A stretch of DNA of 64,000 nt from an uncultured Gammaproteobacteria bacterium. Lineage in GTDB: Bacteria; Patescibacteriota; Microgenomatia; Levybacterales; UBA12049. Position numbers and translations under genes: made by a program. The stretch spans positions 306,361 through 370,360 of the forward strand of contig CAZAZU010000001.1 of NCBI GenBank assembly GCA_964490105.1, written 5' to 3'. Below are positions 59,638 through 64,000 of this stretch, in pieces. Every line of letters starts with the position of its first letter. The stretch's first letter is position 1. The notes beneath the pieces were generated by a model. That model saw only the letters and a list, made by a program, of their open reading frames with translations, made no database searches and was not told where the DNA came from.

Positions 59638-60312
59638 TTATAGCACTAAACAATCACTATAAATCTTAATATATAGTTTTTGTCCTTCATTTTTAATACC
59701 AGAAGTCATGAGCGAGATTTGATTATTACTATCCTTTGCCCACTGCTTCATTAATTCTCCATCGTACTCAGGTGCAGACTCGGAGGTGTAGCGGCCAGGG
59801 TATTTACTCTTTGCTATTTCAAAAGAGAATAACTCTGGATAATCAATTCTTAATTTATTTTGGGCATTTTGTTCAAATTCTATTTGCTTTGATGATGCCA
59901 AATCCTTACAAAAAGCATCCCAGTTCGCAGGCCTATTGCTTGTAGGAACTACAATTGTATTTGAAGTTTTCGATGGCATATAAACGAATGGCTTAGGCCT
60001 TGGTGATTGAGTTGGACTAGGTGTTGGTGAAGATTGATAAATTGCTTTAGTCGTAGGCTCAGAGATCACTTGCTTATAATTTGTTTCATAATTTATTGAG
60101 GTAGTTATTGTTGGTGTTGGTGTACTTGTAATGTAACTGTCTTCTTTCGTTTCTTGGACAGGAAATTGATAGGTATCTGTTCCCAACACAAGAGCTTGCG
60201 ATCTTCCATACACATATGAAGATCCAAGAATTAAGAAAAATATAATAACTAATAAAGGTTTATTTGTCAGAATAGCGTTTAACTTGCTTGCATGAGCTTT
60301 TTTCCTTACCAT
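59638..60312 (-). CDS. Membrane-anchored protein with Pro/Thr-rich linker
   Basis: TM segment followed by STPTPT/SPTPSPT repeats. Start at ATG 60312. Confidence 0.7.
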   Translation of the reverse strand: MVRKKAHASKLNAILTNKPLLVIIFFLILGSSYVYGRSQALVLGTDTYQFPVQETKEDSYITSTPTPTITTSINYETNYKQVISEPTTKAIYQSSPTPSPTQSPRPKPFVYMPSKTSNTIVVPTSNRPANWDAFCKDLASSKQIEFEQNAQNKLRIDYPELFSFEIAKSKYPGRYTSESAPEYDGELMKQWAKDSNNQISLMTSGIKNEGQKLYIKIYSDCLVL

Positions 60313-60374
60313 GGCTTGTTTATATACCATACCCTATAGGAAATCAAGTAAACCCAAGGACGTATAATGTATAT

Positions 60375-60665
60375 ATGACATTAAAACAAAAAGCATTTAT
60401 TAAGAAATATATCGAACACAACGGAAATGCTACCAAAGCTGTTAAGGATATCTATAACGTGAGAAATGATAACTCTGCATCAGTTATAGGATCTAGATTG
60501 TTAAGAAATGTTAAGGTATCAAGGGAAATTGATAGAATAATTGAGGCTGATAAGACTTTCCTTCCCTACATACTTAATGAGTTAAAATATTCGATCGAGA
60601 ATGGATCAGAAGTAAGTAAATACAAAGCTCTCATGTTTGCATTTAAGTTGCATGGCATCAGTTAA
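60375..60665 (+). CDS. Terminase small subunit-like protein
   Basis: MTLKQKAFIKKYIEHNGNATKAVKDIY...ASVIGSRLLRNVKV matches the Terminase_2-type N-terminal HTH pattern. TATAAT 6 nt before the ATG. Confidence 0.8.
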   Translation: MTLKQKAFIKKYIEHNGNATKAVKDIYNVRNDNSASVIGSRLLRNVKVSREIDRIIEADKTFLPYILNELKYSIENGSEVSKYKALMFAFKLHGIS

Positions 60666-60667
60666 GA

Positions 60668-60796
60668 TCATTCTTCATCTTCTTGATTAACAGTTTTATA
60701 TGATGCTGCAGTGTCAATTAAAAGTAATATTATAAAAATCACCCAGCTAAATGTCCAATCTGTGAACAAAACTATCAGTGAATAAATTATACTCAT
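60668..60796 (-). CDS. Putative 42-aa hydrophobic small protein
   Basis: MSIIYSLIVLFTDWTFSWVIFIILLLIDTAASYKTVNQEDEE*; below the ORF-track cutoff. Confidence 0.4.
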   Translation of the reverse strand: MSIIYSLIVLFTDWTFSWVIFIILLLIDTAASYKTVNQEDEE

Positions 60797-60930
60797 TGTT
60801 TTTTCTTAAAAAGCCTATACCCCCTATACCCCTGCTTTAGTCTAATTATATTATCTCAATTAACCTTATAAATACACAATAAAATTTTACTACATTAAGC
60901 AAAAAAAACGACCCATGATATAATATAAGT

Positions 60931-61045
60931 ACAATAAAAATAGGGTTCAAAAGCCTGACTTTCGGCTTAGAATCCATAACCGAAGCCGTGTAAACGGTGA
61001 CTCAGGAAGCCTAATCGTTGAAAAATACGAAGAGGCTTCTTTTTT
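60931..61045 (+). ncRNA. Candidate structured RNA: three-stem junction followed by an intrinsic terminator
   Basis: TGaTATAAT at 60916-60924. Stems cctga/tcagg, ttcgg/ccgaa and gccgt-GTAA-acggt, then gaagcct/aggcttc plus T6. Confidence 0.5.
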
Positions 61046-61056
61046 GTTGGAAAAAT

Positions 61057-61111
61057 TCGGGTACTGATAAAAGCTCCTGTTTGGGCCAGTACCCGAGACA
61101 GGAGTTTTTAT
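61057..61111 (+). promoter_or_regulatory. Alternative hairpins overlapping the SD of the 61116 gene
   Basis: 61067-61080 pairs with 61098-61111 (contains AGGAG); 61057-61066 is the exact complement of 61087-61096. Confidence 0.6.
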
Positions 61112-61115
61112 TTTA

Positions 61116-61466
61116 ATGGACCATATAAGCAAAATTTTAAATAAAAAGACAAATATTAACGATATTAACGTTAATAATAAGATTTTAAATAACGATACTA
61201 ACGATACTTCTAGTAAATATTCGTTAAAAGATACTTTTATTCCTAATACTCCTAAAACACAATTGGCTCAGGAAATAGCATCGTTTTTAAATGATACTGA
61301 CAACTATGCATGTTTTTTGGATATTGTAAACAAGATTGGCGTTGATAACGCAAAACGATTACTGAAAGTCGTTAAAGAAGACATTAAAGATAAAGAATCC
61401 ACAAGCACACCTGTAAGAATCCCTGCAAAGTATTTCGTATGGAAATATAGAAAGGGATTGTATTGA
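61116..61466 (+). CDS. Small replication-initiator-like protein (putative)
   Basis: Asn-rich linker encoded by short direct repeats, helical C-terminus ending VRIPAKYFVW; position within the element. Confidence 0.45.
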   Translation: MDHISKILNKKTNINDINVNNKILNNDTNDTSSKYSLKDTFIPNTPKTQLAQEIASFLNDTDNYACFLDIVNKIGVDNAKRLLKVVKEDIKDKESTSTPVRIPAKYFVWKYRKGLY

Positions 61467-61467
61467 G

Positions 61468-61632
61468 ATGAAAAATCGACAAGTCGACAAAAAGTTAACA
61501 ATGCAAGTACGTATAGATTCTGAGTTACATAGAAGGATCAAAATTAAAGCATCGACGCTTTCTGTAAGTGTTAAAACGCTCCTAGAGGGGTTAATTATTG
61601 AAGACCTAAAAGAAGAAACGTCTCAAAATTAA
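61468..61632 (+). CDS. Ribbon-helix-helix (Arc/CopG-like) DNA-binding protein, 54 aa
   Basis: MKNRQVDKKLTMQVRIDSELHRRIKIKASTLSVSVKTLLEGLIIEDLKEETSQN*. Not in the ORF track; begins 1 nt after the upstream stop. Confidence 0.75.
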   Translation: MKNRQVDKKLTMQVRIDSELHRRIKIKASTLSVSVKTLLEGLIIEDLKEETSQN

Positions 61633-61662
61633 TACTTGCAATATATTTAATTGAAAACTAAT

Positions 61663-62739
61663 ATGGAAACAGGTTTCTTACATCCTCAAATACTCTCAAG
61701 TCGCTTCCAGAAAGGAAGCATTTCTCTGTTACAAGAAGAATTTGTCAAATATCTTACAATTAAAGGATTATCTGCCAAATCTATAAAAACATATTCAGCT
61801 AGATTTCGAATATTTAATCAATGGCTAATTGACAGAAATTTTACATTAAATCGAACCTCAATTGAAGAATTCTTGTTTGAAAAAAAGAAAGCTGGATATT
61901 CAAATTCTGGTATAAATAGCTACATTCAATCGTTAAATTATTTACAAAAATATTTCAAATCACATGGTAGCGAGATACTCTTCATGGTAGATATTGAAAC
62001 TCTCCCAAAGGAAAAATCAAAAGTAATTGCACTATCATTATCAGAATCATATAAGCTAATAGACACACCTTTAGTATATAAAAATAGGAATGGGGTGGAT
62101 TGCAATAAGTTAGATTTAACTTATTTGACACTTACAGAATTTATTTTATTTACAGGTTGCAGATATCACGAAGCTTCATCCTTGAAAATTTCCCAATTAG
62201 ACATTGATGAAGGAACGTCATTCTTAACAGATACAAAAACTAAAGAACCCAGATATTTATTGTTTGATGGCATAGTTAAAGAACACCTTAGACAACTCAC
62301 AAAAAATAAATCAATAGATGATCTTGTGTTCACTAATAGCAAAGGGAATGAGATTCATTCTGGAGACTTTTGGTCTAATCTTAAAAAAAGAGCAAAGAAA
62401 GCAGGTATAACCAAGAAAGTTCATCCTCACATTTTAAGACACACTTATGCAACGCTTTATTACAAAAAAACCCACGATATTTCAATGGTTGCTAGATTAT
62501 TAGGTCATAAGGACTTCAAAACTACACATGATACATATGTCCACACAGATTTTGAAGAAATACAACTAGCAAGCAGACAACATCCACTTCTTTCTCGCTA
62601 TACATCTACAAATGAGGTTTTACAAGATTATAAAAATTCTTTTGAAAAGATTTATACTAAGGAGGATGATAGATTTGAATATATTCCAAGTCTTAGTGAC
62701 AATGAATTAATAATTAAAGTTAAATTAAAAGGGGCATAG
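61663..62739 (+). CDS. Tyrosine recombinase/integrase
   Basis: N-terminal SAM-like domain; catalytic R (TGCR), K (TKTK), HILRH, LLGH and Y (DTYVH). Confidence 0.95.
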   Translation: METGFLHPQILSSRFQKGSISLLQEEFVKYLTIKGLSAKSIKTYSARFRIFNQWLIDRNFTLNRTSIEEFLFEKKKAGYSNSGINSYIQSLNYLQKYFKSHGSEILFMVDIETLPKEKSKVIALSLSESYKLIDTPLVYKNRNGVDCNKLDLTYLTLTEFILFTGCRYHEASSLKISQLDIDEGTSFLTDTKTKEPRYLLFDGIVKEHLRQLTKNKSIDDLVFTNSKGNEIHSGDFWSNLKKRAKKAGITKKVHPHILRHTYATLYYKKTHDISMVARLLGHKDFKTTHDTYVHTDFEEIQLASRQHPLLSRYTSTNEVLQDYKNSFEKIYTKEDDRFEYIPSLSDNELIIKVKLKGA

Positions 62740-62793
62740 ATAAAACTACACCCCCTCCTCAAGTCGCTTCCTATTAGGCTTCTCACATCCAAT

Positions 62794-62815
62794 AAAAAAG
62801 CACCTTGTTAGGTGC
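62794..62815 (-). terminator. Intrinsic terminator downstream of ftsZ, carried on element DNA
   Basis: Minus strand gcacct-aaca-aggtgc followed by tttttt. Confidence 0.7.
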
Positions 62816-62841
62816 CATAGTAAAATTATGAAGCTAATTCT

Positions 62842-62880
62842 TTAATTTTTCTGTCTTAGAAATGCTGGTATATCCCAGAC
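62842..62880 (-). repeat. att junction within the functional ftsZ 3' end
   Basis: Reverse complement reads gtc tgg gat ata cca gca ttt cta aga cag aaa aat taa. Core agaaatgctggtat at 62858-62871. Confidence 0.92.
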
Positions 62881-63999
62881 CTCCTCGTCGTTTTCTGGGA
62901 CTGGGGTTTGGGGATTTGAAGGTTGATTCCCTGTATTTTGATCCTGCTGATTTTGATCCATTGGCTGCTGTTGATTATTATTAATCGTATTTGACTGAGG
63001 AGTTACGTTATAATTTTGCTGAATAGGGGGAGCTACAAATTCTCTTAAAGTTTGCCTTGCACTATCAAAACCTGTTGCAATAACGGTAATTTTCATCTGA
63101 TCTCTCATGGTCTCATCGATTGTCGCACCAAAAATGATATTTGCGTCACTATCTGCAGCTTGGGCAATAATTTTAGCTGCCTCATCAACTTCATTCATTG
63201 TTAGGTCTGGACCTCCGATTACATTAAAGAGTACTCCGCGAGCGCCTTCCATGGTAATTTCTAAAAGAGGAGAAGCGATAGCGGACCTGGCTGCAGCTTG
63301 GGCTCTATTCTCTCCAACTCCAGTTCCAATACCCATAAGAGAGGAGCCTGCATTTTGCATAATAGTTCTTACATCTGCAAAGTCGACATTGATAAGTCCC
63401 GGCATAGTGATGAGGTCTGAGATTCCCTGCACGCCTTGAGTAAGAACTGAATCTGCTACTTTAAAAGCTTCAAGAAGAGAAAGTTTCTTATCTACTACGT
63501 CTAGTATTCTCTGGTTGGGAATGACAATAAGAGTATCAACTTTATCTTTAAGAAGTTCTATTCCCTCTTCAGCTGCTACCATTCTTCGGGTTCCTTCAAA
63601 AGTAAAAGGCTTTGTAACGACTGCTACAGTTAGCGCGCCTACTTCCTTAGCTGCTCTAGCAATAACAGGTGTTGCGCCGGTTCCAGTTCCTCCACCCATT
63701 CCAGCTGTAAGAAAAACCATGTCAGTACCATCTAAAATATCTTTTAATTTTTCATAAGATTCCTCTGCTGCATTTGCTCCTACCTCAGGATTTCCGCCAG
63801 ACCCCAAACCCTTGGTGAAATCTTCACCGATTTGAACTTTTGTGGCCGCTTGATTGAGAAGAAGACTCTGAGCATCGGTGTTAACAGCTATAAAATCTAC
63901 TCCTTGGATTGAGGATTGGGAGATCATGGAATTAAGAGCATTACTACCTCCGCCTCCAATTCCCATGACACGAATCTTAGCGAAATTTGTTGTTTGAGG
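62842..63999 (-). CDS. ftsZ: Cell division protein FtsZ (5' end beyond the window)
   Basis: [28 protein letters not shown] and C-terminal DIPAFLR; frame open to the window edge. Confidence 0.98.
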   Translation of the reverse strand, partial: PQTTNFAKIRVMGIGGGGSNALNSMISQSSIQGVDFIAVNTDAQSLLLNQAATKVQIGEDFTKGLGSGGNPEVGANAAEESYEKLKDILDGTDMVFLTAGMGGGTGTGATPVIARAAKEVGALTVAVVTKPFTFEGTRRMVAAEEGIELLKDKVDTLIVIPNQRILDVVDKKLSLLEAFKVADSVLTQGVQGISDLITMPGLINVDFADVRTIMQNAGSSLMGIGTGVGENRAQAAARSAIASPLLEITMEGARGVLFNVIGGPDLTMNEVDEAAKIIAQAADSDANIIFGATIDETMRDQMKITVIATGFDSARQTLREFVAPPIQQNYNVTPQSNTINNNQQQPMDQNQQDQNTGNQPSNPQTPVPENDEEVWDIPAFLRQKN

Positions 64000-64000
64000 C

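Larger units (their letters stand above)
57244..62880. mobile_element. ~5.6 kb integrative element (phage-satellite-like) inserted in the 3' end of ftsZ
   Basis: Flanked by 39-bp imperfect direct repeats (33/39 identical) that both encode the FtsZ C-terminus. Tyrosine integrase next to one junction; terS-like, RHH and rep-like genes inside. Confidence 0.9.

Noticed and set aside
57304-60330. Integron cassette array with attC sites
   Set aside because: No convincing RYYYAAC...GTTRRRY palindromic attC between cargo genes, and the recombinase shows no obvious IntI-specific insertion.
60947-61132. 61-aa minus-strand ORF over the structured leader
   Set aside because: No recognisable features; the region is better explained by plus-strand RNA structure.
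61663-62739. Housekeeping XerC/XerD
   Set aside because: It lies within att-bounded DNA with terS-like and RHH genes, which favours a mobile-element integrase.
62834-62842. ctaattctt next to the ftsZ stop, matching the end of the displaced native tail (possible earlier integration scar)
   Set aside because: Only 9 AT-rich bases, overlapping the inverted repeat; could be chance.
62900-63030. Gln/Asn-rich repeats in ftsZ
   Set aside because: This is the ordinary disordered FtsZ linker.
857-63757. Numerous short 60-116 aa ORFs in the track overlapping larger genes (e.g. 6729, 19675, 48907, 56684, 63107)
   Set aside because: Antisense or alternate-frame shadows of well-supported genes, with no recognisable motifs.
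1-64000. CRISPR array, rRNA or tRNA genes
   Set aside because: No regularly spaced repeat-spacer pattern, no rRNA-like tract and no convincing tRNA cloverleaf seen by eye. Intergenic spaces are short.

Overview
AT-rich bacterial chromosome segment using the standard genetic code. Gene content and style suggest a Candidate Phyla Radiation/Patescibacteria, Microgenomates-like genome (inference, not proven). Bases 1-31.4 kb are a large surface-glycan island: many GT2/GT4/GT-C glycosyltransferases, a GT17, a Wzx flippase, rmlC, two rmlD-like genes, a His-type PMP sugar dehydratase and four paralogous NDP-sugar C-methyltransferases. Bases 31.4-57.2 kb are housekeeping and envelope genes (lepB, parB, rpmA, rplU, rodA, ileS, L,D-transpeptidase, FKBP, RND pump, dus, beta-CASP nuclease, hflX). 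The main discovery is a ~5.6 kb integrative, phage-satellite-like element (57244-62880) inserted into the last codons of ftsZ. Both junctions encode the FtsZ tail [12 protein letters not shown]-stop and differ only at synonymous positions around a 14-bp identical core. The reconstructed attP has 10-bp inverted repeats exactly 20 bp either side of the core. The element encodes a tyrosine integrase, an unannotated ribbon-helix-helix protein, a small rep-like protein with iteron-like repeats, a structured RNA leader, a lone terminase small subunit, a putative nuclease and exported cargo. Many genes in the window also have a -10 box only 6-12 nt before the start codon, suggesting leaderless or very short-leader transcripts. 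All product calls come from motif recognition by eye; no database search was run.
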